Below, piece by piece: positions 1 to 13,700 of a stretch of DNA of 64,000 bases (positions within the stretch are counted from its first letter, which is position 1; every line of letters begins with the position of its first letter). Both the position numbers and the translations under genes were made by a program. The notes under the pieces are model-generated. The model saw only the letters and a list, made by a program, of their open reading frames with translations, was not told where the DNA came from and did no database searches. The DNA lies in NCBI GenBank assembly GCA_036785375.1, contig JAWMAR010000039.1, forward strand, positions 1,364,001 through 1,428,000, written 5' to 3'. Source of the stretch: Leucoraja ocellata (Eukaryota).

Positions 1-321
1 CAAGACTATTCCAAGGTCCTGTGGTGCCCTGTTTCTTTCTTTCTCAGATTCCTGCCATCAGTGTAAACCCACCTTCAAAAGCTGCATTGCATTTTGGCTT
101 GTGCAGGCATAACTGAGTGGAGACAATGTACAATGCCACTGCTTTATGGACACTGGGGAGGGATATCTGAGAAAGCAAGAAAGAGAGAGTAAGTGACGTT
201 CATTATATATAAAAAGAATTGGAAAGTAGAGTGAGAATGGACAGCGGAATGGTATGGATAACTTAAGGACGGTTGAGGAGAAAAATACTTTAAGTATAAA
301 CAAATCAGGATTATGTTTGAC

Positions 322-450
322 CAATTATTGCCAGGACTCAACGGCCTGAGCTACAGGAATAGGTTGGACAGGCAAGGACTTTATTTCTTGGAGTGCAGGA
401 GGCTGAGAGGTGATCCTATAGACGTGTATAAAACTATGAAGGCCATAGAT
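322..450 (+). mobile_element. CR1/HER1 LINE ORF2 3' fragment, part 1 of an interrupted copy
   Basis: Reads LPGLNGLSYRNRLDRQGLYFLECRRLRGDPIDVYKTMK, the typical CR1 ORF2 C-terminus. It continues in register at 1487. Confidence 0.85.
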
Positions 451-1486
451 TAGCAATGTTACAAAATTTTGAGATTTAAAAAAATCAAGTCTGCAATTTA
501 TCCCATCAGATAAAGCATAACAATAAGTTTAATTTGACACCTAATTCACTTTCATATCTCAAGTAATAAAAAAGTTATGGCCATTTTCATACTCGGAAAT
601 TAGCATCTTGTTCCCTATTGATTTTCTATGGACATAACAAAAAAGCTGTGATCATGGACAGTCAAAAGCCCATAACCTTCTTAAAAATTAAGAGCACTGA
701 ATGAAATTTTCAGTTATCATAGATTGAAGCATTCTGAAACAAATATAAAATAATCTTACTTGGATGACCTGAAATTAAAGCATATAATTAGTTAGTTACC
801 CAATTGTAGCTTCAAACTTCAATTACTAGTTCTAAACTTCTATCCATTTCTTAATAAATGATTAACATTTTTAAATAGCCTAAGTGTCCAAATAATATTC
901 ACAAATAATTCACAATAAAACATGATTTTTAAATCTCATTTACATCAATTTATAGGCCAAATGGAAGGAATTTAGTGTTCAATTGCTGTAAATTAAAGTC
1001 CATTTAAATCAGCTTTCTAGTGGGATCCTGTGAACGCGCTGGTTTAGAACGTTCACATTGCAGTGGATTTGTGCCCTCAAACGCCCAGAAAAATACTGCG
1101 GGATATAAAAAGCCCAAAATGAACTATTCGCTATAGAAAACTTTATATACAGGGTTCTTAAGATGCCCCTTTTAATGTAAAAATAAGGTACATACCTTTA
1201 ATTGTTTGCTTTATAAAACCCTGGGGCTGCGAGAGGTTGCGGGTTTAGAGAGTGATTTTTAAACTATTATAACTATTATACAAGGCCATAAAAACTAATA
1301 ATACCTTTTGCGACTGGGTCTTTCAGCGATTTTCCGTTAATGATTTACTAGGGTGAACATTTTCGATTGCAACAGCCTAGTAAAAATCGCGTTTTAAACC
1401 CGCCCCCTCTAAACAGCGCCAAAATCACACACACGGGGTGGGGCAGATACTCAGCCACAATTCAGGTAGGTTTTGTAACATACCTA
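451..1486. mobile_element. Non-autonomous TIR DNA transposon (1036 bp) with 7-bp TSD; hAT-like termini
   Basis: The left end tagcaatgttacaaaa (451-466) matches the reverse complement of the right end, taggtatgttacaaaa (1471-1486), at 14/16. It is flanked by direct repeat catagat (444-450 and 1487-1493). Removing it restores the CR1 sequence. Confidence 0.85.
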
Positions 1487-1729
1487 CATAGATAGGGTGA
1501 ATATAGAGAGTCTTTTACCCAGGATAGGGGAATTAAGAACCAGAGGACATCGGTTTAAGGTGAAATGTGCAAGATTTAATAGGAACCTGAGGGGCAACTT
1601 TTTCCGCATCGAGGAAGTGATGGAACGAATTGCCAGAGGAGATGGATGAGCCAGGTACTTGGTTAGGTACATGGATAGGGAAGGTTGAGAGGGATATGGG
1701 GCATATCTGGGCAAATGGGACAACTTAGA
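1487..1729 (+). mobile_element. CR1/HER1 LINE 3' fragment, part 2
   Basis: ...LLPRIGELRTRGHRFKVK...FNRNLRGNFF motif followed by CR1 3' UTR. Confidence 0.85.
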
Positions 1730-2266
1730 TTCATAGAGTCTTACAGCGTGGAAACAGGCCCTTCAGCTCAACTTGCGCACATCGGCCAACATGTCCCAGC
1801 TATACTCGTCCCACCTGCCTGCGTTTGGTCCATACCCTTCCAAACTTGTCCTATCCATGCACCTTTGTAACTGTTACTTAAACGTTGGGATAGTCCCAGC
1901 CTCAACTACCTCCCCTGGTAGCTTGTTCCATACACCCACTACCCTTTGTGTGAAAAAGTTACCATTCAGATTCCTATCAAATCTTTTCCCCTTTTCCTTG
2001 AATCTATGCCCTCTGGTCCTCGATTCCCCAACTCTGGGCAAGGTATTCTGTGCATCTACCTGATTTATTCCTCTCATGATTTTTTTACACCATTAGATCA
2101 CCCCTCATCCTCCTGCGTTCCAAGGAATAGAGACAAAACCTACTCAACCTCTCCCTCTAGCCTAGACCCTTTAGTCCTGGCAACATCCTCATAAATCTTC
2201 TCTGAACCTTTTCAAGCTTGACATTATATTTCCTATAACATGGTGCCCAGAACTGAACACAATACT
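1730..2266 (-). mobile_element. CR1/HER1 LINE 3' end inserted antisense into the preceding CR1
   Basis: Minus ORF 1874..2077 PRVGESRTRGHRFKEKGKRFDRNLNGNFFTQRVVGVWNKLP; CR1 tail ends near 1730. Confidence 0.9.
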
Positions 2267-2331
2267 TGTGGGGCATCTCGCTTGGCATGAATGAGTTGGG
2301 TGAAGGGCCCGTTTCCGTGCTGTATGGTTCT
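2267..2331 (+). mobile_element. CR1/HER1 terminal tail, part 3 of the interrupted copy
   Basis: gggcatctcgcttggcatg...gaagggcccgtttccgtgctgtatg is the CR1/HE1 3' terminal stem-loop region. Confidence 0.75.
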
Positions 2332-3810
2332 TTTCATTCTAAATGCTCCTTTTCCAATATGTGGCATTCCTTGGTTTAATGGACACTTGATATTTTCAAC
2401 ATTTCTCAAGTCACATAACAAAACTCCGCATTCCTCTACTCGTATAACTTGCCCCTCCCACTCTCCTGTGTATTCCAGCTTCTGCTGTCCCTTCAGTCAA
2501 CAGTTGCTGATCTCGCAGTCGCTGCAATTCATTCCAAAATCATGTTGCCTTGTCAAAGACCTCCCAGTGCTCCCAAAATGAAGATCACCAGGGTGACCAA
2601 CGAACTTAGACCAAACATTCAGGAGTTCTTTGTGGAAGAACAAGTAATTTATACTCTATTCAGAATTATTGAAATTTCGTAAGAGGAAAATGGGGGAAAT
2701 GTTCAAATATAAAGTATAAGCTGGTTTGCTCCCTTATTCTAGCTACAATTCCTCCTGCTGCCACTTGGTCCTCTAGTTTTTGCTCTGACAAGGTGTTGGT
2801 TGGGCCAGTCCTGATGCATGTAATATGTGTGCAGAAAACAGGGAGATCCATTGGGAGCTGATGTTAAATTTGGTTTATTTGGTAACGTTGCCTAAATCAA
2901 AAAAATGTTCCAGGGATTTAAAAATACTGACCTTCCTGTACACGTGCAGAGACTGTCCATTCATATTCTGGATGTCTAATATTAAATTTTAACTCTTAAT
3001 TCTAAGGTTCATAAAATCTAAACAAAGAAATTGAGAACGAGAGTTGATAATGGTCAATTTATATGTAATATAGATTACCAATTACCAATAATGATTTTCA
3101 ATGTTTTCTGCAGCCCTTGATGAAGTCGACAGGTTCTGCTGTGATTCTCGGCCTTGGGTGCTTGAGGGACACCTTTTATTTCTGCATCCATTATTTCCAG
3201 CCTCCGATAACTAATTCTAGTAATAATGCAGATATCAGCATTAAATGCAGGAGATTTATCAGTCCTATTTCTGCAAATATATCCCACCAGTTTACTTGCA
3301 AGACATTGACGTGTCAGCATTTACACCTTCCCTCCCAGAGTCCGTGTACTTACAGATTACGCAACCTGAACCCCCTTTTTTCACCAGCCTTTTATTTCTC
3401 TTCATCTTTATCTTCCATCTCATTTCTTCTCCTTCCTTTAATCATTTCTCATTATTCTTCCCTCTCTCTGTCTGTCCCCTCTCCCATCCTCGACTTGTCC
3501 TCTCCCTTTGTCGCTTGCTTCACTCTTGCCTCCTGATTTTCATACCCTCTGTCTGGCCTCTCTACACATCATAGTCTTGTAGCTAAGCTTTTCCGACATT
3601 TTTGCTCGAATATAATTGATTAAACTTCCTGCATTTAAAGCTGACATCTGCATTGTTTCTCAGTCTTAGATCACTCTAAATATTGGTTGCAGAGATAAAA
3701 AGATGCCCCTAATGTATTTGAGCCTGGTTATCACTACAGAATCTCTCTATTTCATCAACAAATGCAGAAAATAAAATTGAAAATTATAGTTGAAAACGTT
3801 ATTATTGTTA

Positions 3811-3814
<4 letters not shown>

Positions 3815-3853
<39 letters not shown>
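3815..3853. repeat. (CT)n microsatellite
   Basis: Direct observation. Confidence 0.95.
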
Positions 3854-3857
<4 letters not shown>

Positions 3858-5593
3858 TAAATCTCTGTGGTATATCACGTGCTGAAAGACTTTGAGGTCT
3901 GTGTGGCCCAGAAGTGTGGGTATTTGATGTGTATATTCCCCACACCCAGAGGGGACGTGTGGAGCATAGGTTATCATCATGGGTGAACACTTAAGCACTG
4001 GTAAAGCTGTGCCGTACTGATGTGGCATTCTCGTTTACAAAGGCTGTAAGTGTGACTCTGACATTAAAAGACCCATTGACCTAACAACTGTAAAGGGGAA
4101 GTAATGAAATCACAGGGCTGTTTCAGGCACCTTATGAATAACTGTTTAATATGAATCGGCCAGTGTTGGTTTAGATGGAAGCAGATCTTATCCAACAAGT
4201 TTTAATTGGTTTATTTTGTAACTATTGAACTTTAAATACATATGAAACTTGCTAGGATATAGTTAGTTTAGACTTTGATAAAAGTAACATTGTGGAAGCT
4301 ATAACAATTCTAATCAAATCAAAAGTAAGCATGAAACATTGAGGAAGAAATTTGTTTTTGAACAAAGGATACTTGGATACAGGTGGGAGACACTGAGGAC
4401 TCGATCAGGAATCAGTGGACCTTTGTTGCTCCCGATATATTGTATGTATGCTCGGGTGGCAAAGCAGCTGCAAATGTAATGAATGTATTTTCTCTCTCGA
4501 GTCACCTTGAGTCCTGAAAACTCAATGTAAATGGAAGTTCTGCTGGCCAGGTTAAGTGCTTGTACGTGGTATGTGGAGAGATTAGAGACGTCTAACTTGA
4601 GAAGACTGTAAATGAAAGGTGGAATTGAGAGATCTTATTGCCAAATGAAATTGGGCAGCAAGGCTGTGAAGAAATAAATCCTATAAAATTCCCACATCTG
4701 TTTACAAATCATGAACTAAGGGCTTTCTCAATGCTACACTGGTAGAGAATGTGAACTACTATCTACCAACAAAAAACGAAACTGAACTGAAGTAGCTTTC
4801 ACGGTTCTGCCCAAATCATGTTTAATAAGTAGCAGCTCACTTTCAGCACACAAACTCTCACAGATTCTTTGTTACCATCAAAGCAGATTGGGGATTGACT
4901 GATGGGCCAGCCACGAGATACCTCCACTGTTCTTTGAAACAGTGCCCTTTCCACATTCACCTGGGAGGGAGCCGGAGACGTTATTTCCAAACTAACAGTG
5001 TTCTCTCCGTATTGTCGCCATTTGGTGCTTCAATATCTGAAGCGGGATTTGAACCTGGGAATCCTGATACAGGAGGTAGAAGGAGACACAGCTGACACGT
5101 GCATGGCTGCTCTTGCTGGGATTGTGAGACAATTTGAATAATTTAAAGAATGCAGAAATGGGTATTTCACCAGGCCCTCAATTAGGCTCCTCAAGCCTGC
5201 CGTTGGATGTGATCATCGATAATTGATGCTGGTGTCATCTCCTCTCTGTGTCTCTTCTCCAGATCCTCTAATTCCTCAATTATTCAAATATTCATTGTCC
5301 TCCACCTTGTGTCTATATCTCCTGCTCTGGCCTCCACCATTCGTAGGGCAGAGGGTTCTAGGAATTCCTTGGAATAATCATTTAGCTTGGGTAATAGAAA
5401 TTAAGATTTCAGGGTCTTTAACTCTGGCATATTCTATTGTTATACTTCAGATGATCTTCAAACAAACTTCATTCTGATAAAATAGCAAAATAAATGTTTT
5501 AATTAGCCTCTATCTCCCATGATCAACTTTCAGCATCAGAATATCATGAAGGAGATCATGAGATTAAAAAACTAACAATATTTCCCTTGCCAC

Positions 5594-5822
5594 TCAAAGC
5601 AAAGTGCTGGAGAAACTCAGTGGGTCAGGCAGCATCCATGGAGGGAATGGACAGAGGATGTTTTGAGTCGGATCCCTTTTTCAGATTGATCTGTGTGATG
5701 AAGGGCCCCGACTGAAATCGTTACCTGAGCATTTCTCTCCACAGATGCTGCTTGACCTGCTGAGTTCCTTCAACGCTTTGTGTTTTTCTCAAGATTGCAG
5801 CATCTGCAGTTTCTTGTGTCTC
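5594..5822. mobile_element. Penelope-derived fold-back repeat (inverted pair), degenerate
   Basis: aaagtgctggagaaactcag...gcagcatc arm and the complementary gatgctgc...ctgagttc arm; degenerate tgatgaagggccccgactgaaa core near 5696-5718. Confidence 0.75.
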
Positions 5823-6149
5823 CCTTGCCGTATAGTTCATGACTTCCTGTTGGGTGGCCATCAGATTATCTTGTTCACGTTTACTCTGAATGGTAACAGG
5901 TCATAGTGCTCAGACTTCAGGTAACTTGAAAGCACACGCAAAGAATAGAATTATATTGAAGGAAAATGACTTGTGCACTACATAATTGCACACTTGTTCA
6001 GGATCACAGCATTTATATATTTTGGCTAGGTGACTATGTCATTCTTGATGCAGCTGGAACGTTGCATATGTCTCAAGTGGAACGGGGTTAATTTAGGAAG
6101 AAGTGAAAAACAGTGAATTAAAATGCTTTTGGATAAGAAGACACCAGTG

Positions 6150-6290
6150 TGTCCTGATCTAAGCACATTGACCATGCGGCCAAGAAAGCATGCCAACATC
6201 TCTACTTCTTCAGAAGACGAGGGACATTTGACAGCAAGACAGTAAAGACATTACAGAGTTGTGGATGTAGCCCAGTCCATTGCACAAGCG
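6150..6290 (+). mobile_element. Rex/Babar-type LINE ORF fragment, degenerate
   Basis: cacattgac...aagaaagcatgccaacatctctacttcttcagaag resembles HI....KKAQQRLYFLRR. Confidence 0.55.
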
Positions 6291-7289
6291 GCCTTCTTTA
6301 TTGATGCAGCCTCTAACACGCCTACTGAAACATGACTCTATATATTGTGCACCCGTTGTCAAACATGCGATCATTAATATCAATAACATCAAGCAAAGCT
6401 CATCACTATTTTCCACAGATTGCATTGATTTTAGTGTCAATCATCAATCCAAATTCTGCAGATTGCATCAATTTTAACGTGAATCTTTAATCTATTTGTT
6501 TAAAATGTATTTATTCTGGAGTATCCAGGCTGGTTGAAGAAATTGTTTGAAAGCGTGAAAAAGTGTCTGCCGATTAACTGGAGAATGCACACAATGCCAT
6601 CTCTCTCGGAAGTCAGCTAAGCTAGGTATCCCTGGAACCCACACAAGCACATTGGAATTGTTCTCAGAATGCATGTAACCAAAGTTCATTTTATTTCAGC
6701 GATATTTTGCTCGAGTGAGATCATATGAAATGAATACATCCGAAGTGCCACTGTTTGGGGGCGTGGCCACACTCTGTATTTGACAGGAAAGTCAACTTAA
6801 TATGAAAGAGAAAGTTTATTAGCTAAGCAGCCTAGATTAGTGTTTTTTTAAATGAACCTTGCTGTAAATGTTAGTTAACAATGTTTTTCTTTTGAAAAAT
6901 GCATCTCTTAATTGCAGTCAGCGCTGTGGGTAAAGTTCTTCCCAGTTTACTGTTGGCATCTGTCCATAACTAACAAAAATGCTTGGAAATGAATCTCGGG
7001 CGCTCTGACAGACCCCAGCAGTTACTGTGCACTTCAAAGAAATAATTGTTCCAATGACATGGTCTTAAAGCAGAAACAAACATTCAGGAATATATGGAGT
7101 TGCAGATAGCCTTGAGTTTGCCAGGTCTGTAGAATCAGTGGCTTTGCCTGGTGGTATTTCCCAATTACTTGCTGGAAGAAGAGCAAGTCGATTTTTATGT
7201 GTAGGGTGTTACAAATTAAGTCAAGGGATTGGATCAATAGGCTACATTTATACAGCCACAGTCCCTTATACTATACACTGAGAATGATG

Positions 7290-7480
7290 GCAGTTTAGAC
7301 ACATGGGATCTATCCTATGTGTCCAAATCTGTCCAAATATATCATATCTGTCCAAATATATATTTTAACATTTGTGATTGTATCCGCATTTGTAGCTTCC
7401 TTTGGCAGTTCACTCCAGATATGGACGACTCCCTGAGTGAAAAAGTTGTCTCTGATGTCCCTTTCCAATGTCTCCCATCT
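7290..7480 (-). mobile_element. CR1 3' fragment
   Basis: Minus ORF ...RDIRDNFFTQGVVHIWSELP. Confidence 0.75.
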
Positions 7481-9183
7481 CACTTTCAGCGAGGATGAAG
7501 AAGGGTGAATGGCAGAACGAATTTGAACGGCTAAGGATCCTAATGCCCCCACTGCTTTACCTGAATCCGTTGTGAGCAGACCATGTGGGTTCATGTCAGG
7601 TTGGATCTCTAAGCTGGAGAAACGATCAGGATCAGGTCAGGTTGGCTCATGCAGGCATTCTCAGCTCAGCATTTTTCCAGGCAAGGCTGATTTTCTGAAG
7701 GCCGCCTCCTGCGCTCTGTCTTGAACAATATTTGGTGTTTCATTTTGAAGCAGATGAAAAGAGTGGGTCATCAAGAGTCAAATATGCTAAGTGTTTAATT
7801 ATCATATGCACTGGGATTGGCACAGTGAAATTTTTACTTGCTGCAACTTTCCAGGCACATTCAATGCAACTAATAAATATACAATCCATCATCAGTTTTA
7901 CTAGTTAAACCAGACCAGATGGTGCAAGCCAAAGTACGTAATGCAGCCTCAGGGCAAAGTCGGATGATGGGTTTGGGTTGTTGTTCAGGGCGGTTGTTGG
8001 GAAGGGGCTGCTCCTCAACCTGCAGGTTGCCTTCCTCTCCAAACCTTCCTGCTGATGATAGCAGTGAGATGAGAGCGGGCCAGGGTGGTGTGATAACATT
8101 AGTGCCTCCAAGAACGGTTCATCTTCCCCGTTGTTATCAGACTATTGAATGATCCTATCATAAGCTAAGATTGTAGTCCTGATCTCCCAACCTATGACTT
8201 TGCATCCCTTACACTTTTTTAAAATCTATAATTTCACTGCAACTGCAATGCTATAATACTGTAGCTATATTCGGCGCTCTAATTTTTTTTAAAAGTTACT
8301 CTACCTGTTGTACTTGTGTGCCTCCCCCCCCCTCCTCCCCCACTGCGGGTTGGTGGGGGGGGGGGGGGAGGGGGGAGGGGGGTAGTGGTGGAGGGGTTTA
8401 TTGTGGTTTATCGTACCATTTATGAGAGCTTTTTGGAATCTGTTGTCTGGCCAGCAATTGCCCAAGCCTGGGCTTGCTGGATCCCTGATCGTCACTCCTT
8501 GGCCTTCTCTGCTGGTAGGGAAGAATAACAGGTTAGTTTATATTGCCATGACTTTGATGTTGTTTGTTCTCAGATGCTGAGTCTGATTACTGGAAGTTCA
8601 CATCTGTTTATGTTCTGGGTCCCTAAGAACACACGACATTCAAGGAGGAGTACGCTGAAAGTCCTTGGCCTTGTTCTGCCAGTCACTGTGATTATGGCTA
8701 GTCCTCTCTCTTACCACAATATCCCTCAGTTCCCTGATGACAAGAGTCGGCTCAGTGTAACCTTTAATGAACATGGTAATGAAGCTCCATAGCCCCCTTC
8801 CTGGAGGCAAACTCCAAAAATGCACAATGCTCTGCAAAAATAAAATTCTCCTCTCCATTGTCTGAAGTTCCACACCTTTTCCTGCCAGATAAAAGTTCGT
8901 CGGTTTGTAGATGAAGCAATTGAATGGTCCCCTCATCAGCTGGAGTATGGTCCTGACCTCCCATCAATGTTATTTGAATTTTCTTTGAACCTGGACTGAG
9001 TGCTGTACACTTTATTCTTCATCTGTGCACAGTGGAGGGGCTTGATTATATTCATGTATAATCTTTTCTTTGACTGGATAGCATGCAGACAAAACCTTTC
9101 CATTGGACCTCGGTAAACTAAACTAGAAGTAGTCTCACTCTCCTCTTCCTTGTCAGTCCCCATCAGAATGTTTTGAAGAAATT

Positions 9184-9275
9184 CTGAAGAAGGGTCCCGA
9201 CCCAAAACGTCACCTATCCATGTTCTCCAGAGATGCTGCCTGACCCGCTGAGTTACTCCAGCACTTTGTGTAAAA
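9184..9275 (+). mobile_element. Penelope-derived hammerhead-motif repeat
   Basis: ctgaagaagggtcccgacccaaaacgtcacc...gatgctgcctgacccgctgagttactccagcactttgtg; GAAA has mutated to AAAA. Confidence 0.8.
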
Positions 9276-10604
9276 AATGTTGAAGTTGCGTTGGAATTGT
9301 CTTTGATCCCTTTAAACTGCATTAATCCCCAGTGAGGGTGCCTGTGCACAGAGCAGATAACATGAAGACTGAGACCTGAGTTCAGGCCTGCCTGTTTACA
9401 CATCGTGCCTATTAAAAAATCTGTTCTTTCTCATAGCTCTCTCATTGCCTTTTAAAGCTATTTCTAGGTTCTACTTTATTAATGGTTTATGGCAGAAAAT
9501 CCAACATTCTAGCCACCCTCTGTTTAAGGATTTTATTGACAAAAATAATGTTCAATTCTTTCTAAACTTATCTTAAATTTGGACTCCTTTGTCAAAGGAA
9601 CAGATGGAAATAATTTATTTCAAGCCTTTTATAACCTTCATCTTGAAGCCCTCAATTTGGCACACCTTGATCCACTCAAAGGACAAAAGCTTTTTGAGCT
9701 CTTCTTCATAATTAACCCCTTATGTCTGAAAAAAATCTTGGCACGTCAAACCTGCCACATTTCTCTCAGTGCAGAATACTGCAGATACTGGAAACCTAAC
9801 ATCAGAATAAAGTACTGAGCATACTTATCAGGTCAGGCACAGGGTGAGAAACCTAGTGAATGTTTGAGGTGGGTGACTTTTAATTGGATTCCGATGTCAC
9901 TGACCTGAAATGTGAACTCTTTCTTCTGTGCAGATGCTATCAAACCTGCTGAGTATTTCATGTATATTTTGTTTTAATTGCAATTCGCTTTAGCGTTTGT
10001 ATGCTATTCCTAAATCGGGTTGTGTCAACCGCAGGTTTGGATGTTAACTTGAAGATAGACACGAAATGGTGGAGTAACTCAGCGGGACAGGCAGCATCTC
10101 TGGAGAGAAGGAATGGGTGATGCTAGCTTGTTAACTTTATACCCAACAATATTTAAATACTCTTATTTTAGACATCAATGTTTCTGCCCATTAATTACTA
10201 ATCATTGAATCACATTTACCTCATTACTCCTGGTAGCATAAGCTAAATAATATTTTGGTGAAAATGTACACGGAGAGAATGTAATCCTCAAACCAGGCCT
10301 CTAATCAGGAGACAAAAGGGTTATTTCATATCACGGCCTAGTGTTGAATACAAATGCACAATGTGTAATGTGTGGACCCATTGCAACATCCCTCTCGTAC
10401 CTAGACAGGGCAGATAGGGATGAACCTTCGAACTGTGTGTAGCCAGTAGCTTCTATTATGCACCTGTCTGATTTATGTTTCTCCGACTACTGCTCTTCTC
10501 ACTTGCCGATAAAGTGGAAATTCAACCCACACTTTCTGCGTGCAGTACTTTTCACAATTCTATCGGCATGCTTTGACAGGTCCAGATATCCATCAAATGT
10601 ACTT

Positions 10605-10760
10605 AGAACACAAAGTGTTGGAGTAACTCAGCGGCTCAGTCTGAAGAAGGGCCCCGACCAGAAACGTTGCCTATCCATGTTCTCCAGAAATGTTGCCTGG
10701 CCTGCTGAGTTACTCCAATACCGTGAGTTCCATGCACAATTCCAGCATCTGCAACTCTTT
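10605..10760 (+). mobile_element. Penelope-derived hammerhead-motif repeat with a short inverted arm
   Basis: Core ctgaaga (10641) ... gaaacgtt (10661) is intact; preceded by a short inverted arm acacaaagtgttggagtaactcagc. Confidence 0.8.
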
Positions 10761-13700
10761 ATGCCAACATCGACCGTACAGTGGGCAGAATCCTACCCTG
10801 GCTTAAATCACTGGAGCTCGGTGATGACCAGTCAGTCGGATGCCATAATGGTTGTGTCCAGCAGCTTCAAGAATGACTGTCCTTTCCCCCTTTTGCTGTT
10901 CACAAAGAGTTCTCACTGTCAATCTTTGCACTGTCAGATGCTGTATTGATCCTGTGCTTGTATGGATATCGGGCGAAGATTCAATGGGCTTCGTTCAGGT
11001 GTCCTCAGCTGCCTCCCTGCATGAGTTGGCCCACAGATTGATCACTTGGCGGAGGAAAACAGAAAGGACGCAGTGCTTGTAGACTTGGATCCCAGTGAGA
11101 GTCATTACTGCTGGTTCAGACAAGGAGGAGAGACCCTGAGAAAGAAGCAAGGCTGTGCCGAGCCTTGGCGTTCGTTCGCTGGTCCTAGGGCTGAATGCAC
11201 AGAGTAACTGCAGCTGGAAGTCATTAGAGCAAATGGAATTCCTAGAATCCAGCGCTGGTGGCTGAGTGTGTCAGCGCTGGCGTTGGAGAGCAGTGCCTGC
11301 ACTTTCTCAAACCCCCTGCTGAACAAACAGAGCCTACTCCACTTAGTTTGGAAGAGCAGTTGCTTACTAGACATTTTAGTTGAGTCAGTGTATGACAGGA
11401 ATTTAATGGAACATTTACTTTGTGATAAATATGTCGGTGCTGCTCCTGCGCTATCACAAGAACAGAAGGATGGTGCCAGAGAGAGCCAGCCTCCTCCACT
11501 TGGGCCGACCTCGTCCTGGCTTCAGCTCTACATTCCTGCCTGCTCCCCGTAACCCTCTATTAACCCCCCCCCCCCCCTCCCCAGTCTGAATGTTCCCAGC
11601 CTTAAATACACTGAAAGACAGCCTGTACAGCTCTCTGGGGTGGAGACTGATCTCCCCACATGCGAGAGAGGCATGAGGTGACCCCGAGGATCTTCATATC
11701 CGCAGATCCTGTAACTCGAGTCCGCTCTCCCGCTCCATCCCCATATCTGTTACTCCCGTCCCAGTCCACAAGCAATTGGATCTGTTTTGAATGTACGCAA
11801 GGTCCAGGTTTTTGCAGGAGAAACGTACAAAGGCCAACTAAGTAAAGATTTCCGCGCTTGTGTCCGTGATAAATAGTTGACCCTCCTTTTCTTAAACTGT
11901 GCACCAGTTCCAGACTCTCTCACTACTGGGAGTAGCATGTGCCCTGCCTGCCTCATTCAGAATCTTCCATGTCAATGTAATCACCTCAGGTGCCTTTAAA
12001 GCTCCAGATAATATGGGTGGCATTGGCCAGAGAGGACCCTGTATCTCTCTCCTTACCTGCCTGTGTCTCTGCCTGTCTGCCTGGTCCCCTCAGCTTTTGC
12101 CTGTCTGCACCCCGTCTGTCTGCTTGTGTCTCGCCCTCTGTCTGTCCACCTGCCTTTCCTCCTCCTCCTCCTCTCTCCTGCCCTGTCGGATGCAGATTCA
12201 CCCCGGAGATAGTGAAGAGACTCTGGCCTTCTGCCAAACAACTGGAGTGAAAGGAAAGTAATCCAAATGTTAGCAGATAGCTGAAATACAGTTATTGCTG
12301 ATTATTTACTTAAAATTCTGGCTTCTGGACCTGGAGATACTTTATATTCGAGCAGGTCAGACGTTTTTGATGTCACGTTCAGATGCTCTGGGATTGGGCT
12401 CACATCCACTCTCTATCTCCAGCATATCTCAGCAAATTTACTTTAACAGCAAACTTATATTGGAATCACAGCGGACTTCAACAGCAATTTCCTGGGAATT
12501 GCAGCAGTTTTATATATTGCATATAGTTTACAGGCCAAAACCAGACTCTTTGATCCAGCAAGTGTATGCCAGCGTATATGCAAAGCATGATATTTTATAT
12601 AAATATTTGGCAGTGTTTAATCAATGAGATTAGACTGTTGTAAACCAGCCCCATAACAGTCAGTACAGTTTCACAACCTCTGCACAAACCTTTACAGTGT
12701 TTACAGTGGGCATGGGTTCTCTGTTTATAGTTTGCCCTGAACAAATTCTGATGATAAATGCCAATGTCAGTGAGTAAAATGTTTATTTGAGGTGCTGTGT
12801 GCTCCTGGTGTTATGTGGGTGTGTCAATATCAGCACACATCTTTGCTATATATTGAAGTGACTGCAAGGAAGATATCTGAAAATAGATAGAAAGTTAGAC
12901 ACACAGTGCTGGAGCAACTCAGCAGGTCAGGCAGCACCTCTGGAGACGTTTCAGTTCAGGACCCTTCTTCAGTCTGAACTAGTACCAGTGAATGTCAGGC
13001 AGGGAGTGTGAAGAACATTGGGGAGCGAAGCGTTGTCACTTTTATCTGTGATGTTATGTATTGCATCTGTGTGATCAGGATACATTTTCATTATGACCAT
13101 TAAGCTTGTAAAGTGCATGTTTAAATTTGGAAATTGATTGTGTGAAGTGGACTTCCAGTATAAGAATGTTCAGTGTGGGATATGAGGTGTACGTGTTGAA
13201 CTATCCTGATGAGTTTCTGGAAAGAAAAAAAGCTACTGAAGATACCTAGCTGGTACTTAGCAGGAATGTTATTTATGTCCCTCTCCACAGATGCTGTCTT
13301 CTTTGCTGAGTTTTTAAACATATTCTGTTGTTATTCCCATGATATTTAGAAATAAAGTAACTCCCATGTTCTTGAACATAATTGTTAAGTTCTTCATTGG
13401 ACCTCTGTCTGGAGTATATGAAGGATGCTGAGAATTACATGCAAGGATTTCAATGACCTCCCGCAGTGAAACTGAATTTAAAAATTGACAAGCAGGGGGG
13501 AAAAAACTGTCTTGGATTTAAACAGTAATGGGGGAAGAAAACTCTGCATCCATGTAACCTCCCTACAGTAATCAGACATCATTGTTTCTTAAGAACACAT
13601 TTGCTTCTTTTTAGCCATTGACATTAACAAAATAATCGACACTTGTGTTATACTATTAAATAATGTAACATGCAGACTGGGATTTTTAGCTTGCAGTAAC

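Noticed and set aside
4880-5100. Possible ancient Deu/Sac-type SINE (similar traces at 20880-21060 and 21790-21990)
   Set aside because: Too degenerate to assign without a profile search.
8340-8400. Poly-G runs as functional G-quadruplexes (also 11564, 27219, 37459)
   Set aside because: Simple homopolymers with uncertain assembly length and no supporting context.
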